From IMG/VR virus record IMGVR_UViG_3300021400_000141, positions 128,001 through 192,000 of that record: DNA of 64,000 nucleotides; one strand, 5' to 3'. Below are positions 35,660 to 44,065 of the stretch, in pieces. Origin of the DNA: a virus (taxonomy: Duplodnaviria > Heunggongvirae > Uroviricota > Caudoviricetes). The position numbers and the translations under genes are program-made. The notes beneath the pieces are model-generated. The model worked only from the letters and a program-made list of their open reading frames with translations. It searched no databases and was not told where the DNA came from. Position 1 is the first letter of the stretch. Every line of letters starts with the position of its first letter.

Positions 35660-38600
35660 TCAATTATCTACAGTTACAAGCCAATAGAAGTTGTCACTAC
35701 GATTACTAATCTCGGATGTCGGCATCGTACTTTTCACCCAATCGGTAGCTTGTTCCATATTTTCAAGAACAAAGTGACTGTTCTTCCATTCGATAGAACC
35801 TTGCCCTTCTGTAAAGCTTGACGGATAGATACTAAAGAAATCTGCTTTAAAGATTTTAATCCAGATATCATAATAAGCATCTGAGGTATCACTAGGTGTG
35901 TTTGTCAGTACAGCAATCACTATACCGCACGCACCATTATTTCGTACTTCGGTAGTACTACGGGGTACGCTACCCTTATTGTCGCTATGCCATGAGTAAG
36001 CCTTACCAACCGAATCAGGCGTAGTAAGGCCGAGAAGATTGAAATGAACCTCTCTCTTAGCACCTCCATTGATACCAGAAGCCATAACGATAAATGAACC
36101 AGCAACAAAACACTGTATTCCGTTTTCAGGATGAGGAACGCGCACCTTAGCTATTTTAACCCATCTATAATCTCCTGTACTGTTGTTGCTGCCACTAAGC
36201 GTACGTTTGGTGACAATATCGTCAACAAGTGCCAGCTTATCAACCTGCATGATTTCATTTTTGGTCTTCGTGCCATTCGTGTACTCGGCTTCCTTGTAAC
36301 GCATCATTACAGGGTGAATGTGGTCTACATAGCTAGGACCAGGCAAAATCAACTTAACCGATTCTGTGCTGCACGATGTGTCGTAACCAGGAATCTGCGA
36401 GTTGTTTCCACCAACAGAGGAGAAGATGTGAGCCGATGCGGAGCCACCAGCGGAGAATTCATCCAGGCCCCAACACGTACCGTCACGTGCGGGCAAGATA
36501 TATTTTGTACATCCATAATGCACGTCAGCTGCCGTAGCAATCATGAATCCGCCATACATCACACGGGCAAAGTCAGGCTCCTGTTTGCCCCCGACAAATC
36601 CACAACCGCAAATCCAGTCATGGCAATGGCTCTTTGCATCGCCAGTCAACGCGAGCGTTCCGATAGTTGATGTCATCTGGTCAATGGTCAATCTAGGACC
36701 ATCAATATGAACCCTGCTCTTGGAATCGAGCATGACCATGTTTACAGAATACAGCGACAGTGTATTAGCACTGCTTATGGCAATGTATTCGTTCTCGGAA
36801 TACAAGCTGCGAGCAACGGCGTTGTCCTTCCATACGCCATAACTTCCTTCTGGAGCATACCTGCTATGGCAAATGTAGCCGTCTTTCGTCACAAAACCAT
36901 TAGTGATGTTGAAGTTCGTCTTCAATTCACGGATGGCGTTCTCGCCCAAGAGTTCGAGAGCCGTGTTTCTCGGCATCTTATTAGGATTCACATCGCCATG
37001 GTCAGCAAACCAGCTCTTATCGTAAAAATTGATGGCAGCAAGGCAACTCTTGTCGGCATCCTTTGAACGGTTCGTAAATCTACCAAGAACCATCCTAGTA
37101 TTGGACAGACCGATATGGCTAGTGTGATACTGTTGATAGTTATTGGTGTCAAGCGTCTTGTCATGCGGGTCATTGCATGCGACTTCAAGAGCACCGTCCG
37201 TCGCTTCCAGGTACAATTCACGATGGTTCGCATTATCCGTAGTAGACACCCAGTGACTTACATCGGTCTGCTTCTGGTCATTGACCATACCCATCATGAT
37301 GTATGAACTGGTTGCCCCATGGATATAGTCCCTGGCCACCATGAAGGCGTTTCTACGATACACCTTGCTGTGGATGTATCCATCGGCATCACTGCCGAAC
37401 ACGCCTACACCGACATACTGCGTCTGAAGCTCGTCACCTTCTGGGATATAACCAGTGCCGACAATAAAGTTCGGCTTGACAACAGGGAAGTTAGCAGCGC
37501 CAACGACAGTCTGGTTGAAACCAGCAGCTATCGTCAGGTAGTTCAAAGCAGTAGAGTTCGCACCGAAGTATCTACGTGTTTTAGAAGCACTCGAACCAGA
37601 ATATTCGTAAGTGTAGCTTGTGTACTTGTTAGAACTGTACTTTGCGACTCGTCCACCGTTTACACCGACTTCACTGAACCTGATGTTGTCTTTAAGGATG
37701 AGCCTCGTGAATCCAGGGTGTGTCTTGTCTATTCCAGTAATGCTCGTTATCTGGTGTCTGAATTCGATACCGAACCAGCTCAGATAGTTCTTTCCGTTAA
37801 TCGTCTGGTCATAGATAATGACCTGGTCGCCAACTTCGAAGTTCGACCACGTAATCGGGGTCAACTCGTTCTGGTTGTCATAAATGTCAAGGATGTTAGT
37901 CGGATTGTACTTTGTCAACGTCCGTGATGTATCACTGTCGCATACATTTACAACGACTTCACATTCGCTGTCAATCTTTGTAAGATTAGGAACCTTGAAG
38001 ATGAGACCCGGGTAACCAACACAGTTGAAACGGTTCGCGGCAAATCCGTGGCTACCGAGAACGACAAGGTCTTCACCGCCTGCGGTCATGCCATTGGTGT
38101 CGTGCACTTGGTTGTTCAAACCAGCGTATATACCTGCATACCTACCCTGTATCATTCCGTTAGTGGATATTCCGTGGGCATTGTCTGCAAAAACGAAGGT
38201 AGACCTTCCGCCAACAGTGCCGTACGTTCCACGCAGTTTCGTATTCCAGCCATAGGCAAGGCTGTAGCTAGGAGATGACTTCAGGTCGCCAGTATCATTC
38301 CTTGCACACCTGTATGTAAATCTGTCTGTACCGTCATCTCCACCGAACACGACAGACGGGGCAGTCACCTTGAATTCATTGTCAACATCGAACCACCAGT
38401 TCCTACCGCCAGCGACGTGGTCAACCTCGTCACCAGCCGAACCAAGGATAAGGGACATGTAGTAGCCCATCGGAAGCAAGTAGGTTTCGTACTGGGAATA
38501 CTTGTCCACTTCCATGTTCTCATCGAACACGGGTGTCCTCAGGTTGATTGGAATGGGGGAAGAATTCAGAATGTAAGTCTTGTCGGCTGCGTTGATAATC

Positions 38601-38992
38601 TGGTCTATCCAGTACTGGTTATCCTCTTTCTTGTTACTGGAGTTCAGGTACATTATCTTCGAGTGGGTAACGACCGCATGGAGCAGTTCGTCATTATCGG
38701 CATCTGCGACCAGAAGCGGGTTTGCATTAGCAGCAGGCATGAACTTTTCACGGACGTTATCACATGCGGCATCGAAAGTATCCTTCCCAAAGCCGAGACC
38801 CGCCCATTCATTGTACAGCCTGTAAAGGAGATAGATGTCGTTCCTTGTCAGCTTGAGTTCGACGGAACTCTTTGTAACAGTGTATCCGTTTGATGTTCCA
38901 TATCTGAGTACAGACCTAATAAGGGCGTTCAACACGCTTCTTGCATTGTAGGTCAATACGTCTATTTCTTTCGTCAGTCGTTCCAATGCCAT
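35660..38992 (-). CDS. tail fibre/spike-like protein
   Basis: 1110 aa; Gly/Asn short-repeat region; C-terminal YRWVKIAKV fibre-type motif; late promoter upstream. Confidence 0.65.
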   Translation of the reverse strand: MALERLTKEIDVLTYNARSVLNALIRSVLRYGTSNGYTVTKSSVELKLTRNDIYLLYRLYNEWAGLGFGKDTFDAACDNVREKFMPAANANPLLVADADNDELLHAVVTHSKIMYLNSSNKKEDNQYWIDQIINAADKTYILNSSPIPINLRTPVFDENMEVDKYSQYETYLLPMGYYMSLILGSAGDEVDHVAGGRNWWFDVDNEFKVTAPSVVFGGDDGTDRFTYRCARNDTGDLKSSPSYSLAYGWNTKLRGTYGTVGGRSTFVFADNAHGISTNGMIQGRYAGIYAGLNNQVHDTNGMTAGGEDLVVLGSHGFAANRFNCVGYPGLIFKVPNLTKIDSECEVVVNVCDSDTSRTLTKYNPTNILDIYDNQNELTPITWSNFEVGDQVIIYDQTINGKNYLSWFGIEFRHQITSITGIDKTHPGFTRLILKDNIRFSEVGVNGGRVAKYSSNKYTSYTYEYSGSSASKTRRYFGANSTALNYLTIAAGFNQTVVGAANFPVVKPNFIVGTGYIPEGDELQTQYVGVGVFGSDADGYIHSKVYRRNAFMVARDYIHGATSSYIMMGMVNDQKQTDVSHWVSTTDNANHRELYLEATDGALEVACNDPHDKTLDTNNYQQYHTSHIGLSNTRMVLGRFTNRSKDADKSCLAAINFYDKSWFADHGDVNPNKMPRNTALELLGENAIRELKTNFNITNGFVTKDGYICHSRYAPEGSYGVWKDNAVARSLYSENEYIAISSANTLSLYSVNMVMLDSKSRVHIDGPRLTIDQMTSTIGTLALTGDAKSHCHDWICGCGFVGGKQEPDFARVMYGGFMIATAADVHYGCTKYILPARDGTCWGLDEFSAGGSASAHIFSSVGGNNSQIPGYDTSCSTESVKLILPGPSYVDHIHPVMMRYKEAEYTNGTKTKNEIMQVDKLALVDDIVTKRTLSGSNNSTGDYRWVKIAKVRVPHPENGIQCFVAGSFIVMASGINGGAKREVHFNLLGLTTPDSVGKAYSWHSDNKGSVPRSTTEVRNNGACGIVIAVLTNTPSDTSDAYYDIWIKIFKADFFSIYPSSFTEGQGSIEWKNSHFVLENMEQATDWVKSTMPTSEISNRSDNFYWLVTVDN

Positions 38993-39019
38993 AATCTAGC
39001 CGATAAATTCAATCAAAAA

Positions 39020-39028
39020 TAGTTTATA
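39020..39028 (-). promoter_or_regulatory. late promoter TATAAACTA
   Basis: Exact motif about 28 nt upstream of the start. Confidence 0.75.
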
Positions 39029-39055
39029 ATCATGCAACAAAAACAGATTCATCTG

Positions 39056-40315
39056 TTAATGCTCCAATTCATTCAAGTCAACTACTTTTTTGGCATATTT
39101 CTGTGGAGGGTCTAGCTCAGGCTTCGTCTTTACCCACAGTATCTTACCCGCCCTGTACCTCTTGGCAAGTTTCAGTTCGGGATAGAAATCCATGTCGCTT
39201 ACAATGATTATGCCGTTATACCTAGTACGGCAGGTGTCCAACATGCGGAAAACACAGTTGCAGTCGGTTCCCCCACCCGTTGAAACGGAGAATTGCTTCC
39301 GCTTTCTCATCAGGGGTGTCAAGTGGATTGGTTTAGTGCATTGGGTATTCCACCAGCAGTAATCTATGTCAACATCCTTGCCGACAGCCAAAATCAGGGA
39401 AATTATCCTGGAAACTGCACTTGTAGGCATTGAACGGCTAACGTCACCGGCCACAAGCAGCTTGGCCTTGTACTCGGCAACATGACCTGGGTACAACAGG
39501 TCGAAACGACGGTTCCTCTTGAAGCGGCACTCCCTCCAACCGCATTCAATGGACTGCGAGACAAACTTCCTGATTATTGTACGCCCGTCAACAGCCTTCT
39601 CCGCCTTAGACAACATGCTGACAACCCCGTTGGCCTCAGCCGTTCCCCAGCTTCCACCACCGTTGACAGCAGCCTGTTCGACCGCCTCATTTATGCTGCC
39701 TTCCGCATTCCACTGGTCAGCCCTAGTTTCGTCATTCAGGTAAGTGGACATGCCGCCAGACGAGTCCTTCTCGCTGGAATCATCCCCGTTCTCACCATTG
39801 AGGTTTTGACCACCGTTCTGACCCTCGGTTAGCAACTTGTACAGGATTTCGATGCTGGCATTGCGGTAATCGTACGGCTTGTAGAACTTGCCGTAATAGA
39901 GCGAGTTGACGTTAGTCTCCAGTTTCGATACCTTCGATAAAATCTTGCCGTAAGCCGTGTTGTTTACACCGATGTCGGAACATAGGCCCATCCTTAGGGC
40001 AATCAGGTCAGATGCCATCAGGGATATCTTCTTGTCACTGTACAAACGAGTAGTAACATGTCCAAGACCGATTCGGACGGACTCTATATAGAAGATAACT
40101 GCAAGTTCCTGAGGTTCAACCGTATCGACAAAGTCACGGTTAATCTTGACATACAGCTTTCCATTGTCTACGCAGCTGGCTACCGTATTAACGTCATCGA
40201 AAACGAACTCAGCAAAACCGAGAACCGTATGCGTAATCGGGGCATACTTAAACAATAGATACTTGGCTAGCCTTATGACGTCTTCGGGTTTTCTGTTTGT
40301 GCTTGCTGCGTTCAT
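39056..40315 (-). CDS. vWA-domain protein with degenerate metallopeptidase domain (DUF2201-like), MoxR partner
   Basis: KRNRRF, GDVSRSM (MIDAS-like), GGGTD, IVSDM; HExxH position reads IESVR. Confidence 0.75.
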   Translation of the reverse strand: MNAASTNRKPEDVIRLAKYLLFKYAPITHTVLGFAEFVFDDVNTVASCVDNGKLYVKINRDFVDTVEPQELAVIFYIESVRIGLGHVTTRLYSDKKISLMASDLIALRMGLCSDIGVNNTAYGKILSKVSKLETNVNSLYYGKFYKPYDYRNASIEILYKLLTEGQNGGQNLNGENGDDSSEKDSSGGMSTYLNDETRADQWNAEGSINEAVEQAAVNGGGSWGTAEANGVVSMLSKAEKAVDGRTIIRKFVSQSIECGWRECRFKRNRRFDLLYPGHVAEYKAKLLVAGDVSRSMPTSAVSRIISLILAVGKDVDIDYCWWNTQCTKPIHLTPLMRKRKQFSVSTGGGTDCNCVFRMLDTCRTRYNGIIIVSDMDFYPELKLAKRYRAGKILWVKTKPELDPPQKYAKKVVDLNELEH

Positions 40316-40580
40316 ACTTTGCTTTTTCCAGTGTCTTCATAAAAATATATTGTTTTGACGAAAGTCTGGAAAAATAATATGTCGTACAGATGCCAGCACG
40401 AAGCATGAGAAGATGGCAGATATGATGCTCTTTGAGTGTAAGTTCTACCTGATTTGTCTTTTTGTTGCTACCACCGCAGGAAACTGGCGTTATATGGTGC
40501 TTTTCGCATAGTTCCCCGATTACATATTCCCTTTCTTGTGCCTTCCTTATGATACCGTAATAGATAGCCAAGTAATTCAA
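40248..40580 (-). CDS. short HNH homing endonuclease (T4 Mob-like), probably truncated
   Basis: MNYLAIY..II..A...EKHHITP...GGSN...NQVELTLKEHHICH; TTG start; no C-terminal DNA-binding repeats. Confidence 0.7.
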   Translation of the reverse strand: MNYLAIYYGIIRKAQEREYVIGELCEKHHITPVSCGGSNKKTNQVELTLKEHHICHLLMLRAGICTTYYFSRLSSKQYIFMKTLEKAKYERSKHKQKTRRRHKASQVSIV

Positions 40581-40585
40581 GCAGC

Positions 40586-41779
40586 TTACCTCTTTCGATA
40601 GATATAATTACGTGAATCAAACCGAGTCGGTACACCAATGGATTTCAGGTAATCTAGGACCTGGAATATCTTAGACGGATAACTCAGAGCCTCGCTCATG
40701 TTGCCCCTCACACGGACGGCATCATTGGCCGTCATATCCCCATGAAGTACCCTGCGGTACAGTTTCGGAACGCTCGTGGTTTCGTTGTCGTGATACTGGT
40801 CAGTGGACTTGCCGATGCCTCCGTTGTAGCACGCAAAGACGAACCTCATGTCTCCGTGAAGGCTGTCGTCCTTTTCACCCTCATTAACCATATTACTGCG
40901 GGCGCTATCGTACATCAGGTACAGCAGGTATCCAGCAGCAAGGTTAACTGCATTCTCGACATTTTCTGGGTCAGCCATATCAGCTGAATCCAGACCAAAC
41001 TCAGAGGCATGTTTCTTGGCGTCAGCCATAGCATCGGGGCCCAGCTGTGCCAGTCCACGATACTTTGTCGTCTTCGGCTTGTCGTCGAACATGCTTTCGA
41101 CACATATCAACGCAAGGAGTTCTCCTTCACCGATACCACGAGGGGCGGTAATCGCCGCAACATCTTTAACGGCCTTCAGGATGCGGTCGATGTGAGCATC
41201 CTGCTCTTCTGGGGTGTGCTTTTTCTTGTATGCGTATGACAAGTTCTTCTTCATGAAGTTCCTGAGACTCGTATCGATTGATTCTGTGGTAGAGACTTTC
41301 GGATAATCTACTTTCAACTCATCCCTGACGAGACTACGGTTTTCCTTCTCCTTTTCCAGTGCCGCCTTCTTATCAAGATTACCCTGTATGCTATACGGGT
41401 TCGCATCAAGCTCGTAAGCATGGTGTGCCAAGCTATCATCGTATGCTATGGTTGGTTCGTGTTCAAGAAAATCCCTCTCTGGAAGGTCAACATACTGTTC
41501 AACCGCCTTGTCGCCACCGCCAAGCCGTTTACCCAGTTCATCCCAGTCGGTTACGTATATGCCGTGGATTGGAGACGAAGCGATGAGGCCTGCGGCACCC
41601 AACTTAATTGCCTTACTGACCTTCGGATAGTCGTCCAGGTGAGATAGCTTGTCGTATATGCCTTTCCAGTCAATCGCTTCGTAAATAGCGGAATGCAGGT
41701 CACATATCGCTTCCATCTGCGCTTTTGGCAGGTCAAGCCGTGATATTGCCTGACGGAACTGTTCTTCGTTTGGGCTCAT
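40586..41779 (-). CDS. SLT-family lytic transglycosylase with N-terminal leader
   Basis: ICVESMFD (catalytic E), GLAQL, AAGYLLYL, ACYNGGIG. Confidence 0.85.
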   Translation of the reverse strand: MSPNEEQFRQAISRLDLPKAQMEAICDLHSAIYEAIDWKGIYDKLSHLDDYPKVSKAIKLGAAGLIASSPIHGIYVTDWDELGKRLGGGDKAVEQYVDLPERDFLEHEPTIAYDDSLAHHAYELDANPYSIQGNLDKKAALEKEKENRSLVRDELKVDYPKVSTTESIDTSLRNFMKKNLSYAYKKKHTPEEQDAHIDRILKAVKDVAAITAPRGIGEGELLALICVESMFDDKPKTTKYRGLAQLGPDAMADAKKHASEFGLDSADMADPENVENAVNLAAGYLLYLMYDSARSNMVNEGEKDDSLHGDMRFVFACYNGGIGKSTDQYHDNETTSVPKLYRRVLHGDMTANDAVRVRGNMSEALSYPSKIFQVLDYLKSIGVPTRFDSRNYIYRKR

Positions 41780-41804
41780 GAAAACATCCATACGTATTCA
41801 GCAA

Positions 41805-41813
41805 TAGTTTATA
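41805..41813 (-). promoter_or_regulatory. late promoter TATAAACTA
   Basis: Exact motif; divergent pair. Confidence 0.75.
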
Positions 41814-41846
41814 AAGTCGGGGTCGTCCAGGCCACCACCAAGACAT

Positions 41847-41855
41847 TATAAACTA
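41847..41855 (+). promoter_or_regulatory. late promoter TATAAACTA
   Basis: Exact motif about 23 nt before gp15. Confidence 0.75.
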
Positions 41856-41877
41856 TTCGGTGATTAGGTGATGCTTT

Positions 41878-43632
41878 ATGAGACCATTTTACTACGTTCG
41901 CACTATCGAGAAAATCCTTATTGGACTCATCGACATGTTCAATAACATGTATGTCAACAAGTATGATGACATGAACCGTACGACGTACTCAAGGAGTGCC
42001 AAAATTCCCATCATCACCCACAACAACGCCAACTTTACGAACTTCTGGTCGTCAACCCAGTACAAACAGCAGACGATACCCTATCCAATAGGGGCAATCC
42101 GTTTTGTAAGCAACGCACCAGACCCAAGCAACAGGCCGCAACCGACCTATGCGAGAGAAATTTTCAGCAGGTCAGCCGACCGATGGATTAGGGATATCCA
42201 GCCTACGCCATACACATTCCAGTTCGAATTGCAGTTTCAGGCGGACAACATCTCCGATATCTTCCAGATAAAGGAGAATATCGAACCTTACTTCAACGAA
42301 TACAGGACGATAGTAATTAAGGAATGGGACTTCGCACCAGAGATACCTAGACCAGTAGTCGTGGTCATCAACAGCAACACCACGGAACTAAACGAGGAAA
42401 TTAGCGACTCCGACGCACAGCAGCAGGTTTACAAGGTCACTTACCCGATTACTTGCTACGGCGTTTACCACAGGCCGTATGAAACCCCAGAGATGATTAA
42501 GTACGCCGAGATGAACTTCCATATCGACGAGGATATCATCCATAGGGAACAACTCTTGGTATACCCGAGCGAAATCATCATGCAGAAGAAAAAGCTGTGG
42601 GAAACCGTGTGTCCGACTATCAGGGAAGGCTACTCCATTCTACATACCCTGTCAACAACGCTGATGCAGAAACAGGATGCTGACGGAAGCAAATACTACG
42701 AGGATGTATCCCTCAAACAGCTTCTACTGTTCGATAGGTTTACAACAACGACGTACCACGAAGGGTTGAAACTATGCGGGGTTGACGTATACAACAAGGA
42801 TAGTCTCGTTAAGACGGTTACACGCCCCGTATTGGATGAAAACGGAAACCAACAGTATGATGCCGAAGGCAACATTATAACCGAAACAATCACGGTAACG
42901 CAACCATACGACGACCCCAAAACAGTAGATAACCCACAATCCCCCAACGAAGAATCGCCAGACTACTACGTGCTTCCAAAGGATTTCGACAAGAATGGCA
43001 TCCCGATTTACACCTACTGTGAATCGGTAACTGACGATATTACGAGACCTGCAGAAGTTCCTTCGTTTGACCTGCTCCGTTTCAACTTCGATTACGACAC
43101 CCCGCACGAAAGCGACCTGAGTGGTTTCGGTCGTGACTTCGTGGCCGTCAATGACGATACGAGAAAGTTCATTCCAAACATCGCCCCTGGCAACGGCCAG
43201 GAAGTTGAAGGCGGATATGCCGTCGAAGACTACGTTGATTGGAGCAAGATTCTCAACTGGTTCGGTGACAACGCCAATGGCGACATCGAGTCGTCATACA
43301 CTTTCAAGGCAACCATCCAGTTTGTCGAGGATGCCCCAGGTGATACAATCTTCCAGTATCTCAGCAACGACGAGACCACACTTTCCGATGGAACGGTCAT
43401 TCCAGAGGGCGAGGTCTGGTTCGACTGGGGCATGATGAACGGAAGACTTTATTTTACTTACCATACGTCGAGCAAGTACAAAACATTCGTATCTGACGTT
43501 ATCCACCCAAACAAGGAAACAATCTATTCCTTCTATTTTGCACTATACGACAAGGGTGACAAGGGAATGTTCGGCGTAAAGACCAATTTTAGTGAAACAA
43601 TGATAGCCCTCAATACGGTTGAGGCCAATTAG
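41878..43632 (+). CDS. gp15: tail sheath stabiliser/terminator gp15 with long C-terminal extension
   Basis: FYYVRTIEKILIGLIDMFNNMYV...KIPI...PTPYTFQFEL...DIFQIKENIEPYF. Confidence 0.82.
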   Translation: MRPFYYVRTIEKILIGLIDMFNNMYVNKYDDMNRTTYSRSAKIPIITHNNANFTNFWSSTQYKQQTIPYPIGAIRFVSNAPDPSNRPQPTYAREIFSRSADRWIRDIQPTPYTFQFELQFQADNISDIFQIKENIEPYFNEYRTIVIKEWDFAPEIPRPVVVVINSNTTELNEEISDSDAQQQVYKVTYPITCYGVYHRPYETPEMIKYAEMNFHIDEDIIHREQLLVYPSEIIMQKKKLWETVCPTIREGYSILHTLSTTLMQKQDADGSKYYEDVSLKQLLLFDRFTTTTYHEGLKLCGVDVYNKDSLVKTVTRPVLDENGNQQYDAEGNIITETITVTQPYDDPKTVDNPQSPNEESPDYYVLPKDFDKNGIPIYTYCESVTDDITRPAEVPSFDLLRFNFDYDTPHESDLSGFGRDFVAVNDDTRKFIPNIAPGNGQEVEGGYAVEDYVDWSKILNWFGDNANGDIESSYTFKATIQFVEDAPGDTIFQYLSNDETTLSDGTVIPEGEVWFDWGMMNGRLYFTYHTSSKYKTFVSDVIHPNKETIYSFYFALYDKGDKGMFGVKTNFSETMIALNTVEAN

Positions 43633-43643
43633 GAGAAATTACC

Positions 43644-44018
43644 ATGAACCTATTCGAATCACAAATCGAGAAGTTGAACATCAGCCCGTCGATGAAGCAA
43701 AGCGTCATCGAATTGCGAAAGGTGTGCCTGGAAAGCGACGTTGGTGGAACGCCTATTAGCAGCGACTTCGAGAAAATGCAAGCAGATGCCGCTAAGAAGA
43801 AAGCAGAGGATGACGCTATTCGTGATACAGCAAGACAGGCTATAACGGATGTTAGCAGTAATCTGCCCGAAGACATGGACCATAACGCACTACATGCGGC
43901 TGTAATGAAGCAGATAGTACAACACTATCGTCCGATGATTGAGAAAACGTATGGTAAGGGTTCGGGTGAACGGCTCGAAACTGTAGCCAAAACCATGCTT
44001 AGCCGCTTAGGTATATAG
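43644..44018 (+). CDS. small late protein with conserved leader
   Basis: MNLFESQIEKLNISPSMKQSVIELRKVCLES; AGGAG SD. Confidence 0.75.
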   Translation: MNLFESQIEKLNISPSMKQSVIELRKVCLESDVGGTPISSDFEKMQADAAKKKAEDDAIRDTARQAITDVSSNLPEDMDHNALHAAVMKQIVQHYRPMIEKTYGKGSGERLETVAKTMLSRLGI

Positions 44019-44028
44019 TAAAGAATGG

Positions 44029-44037
44029 TATAAACTA
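44029..44037 (+). promoter_or_regulatory. late promoter TATAAACTA
   Basis: Exact motif about 29 nt upstream of the start. Confidence 0.75.
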
Positions 44038-44065
44038 GGTTTAGAATACAATATAGGGTGCCTAT

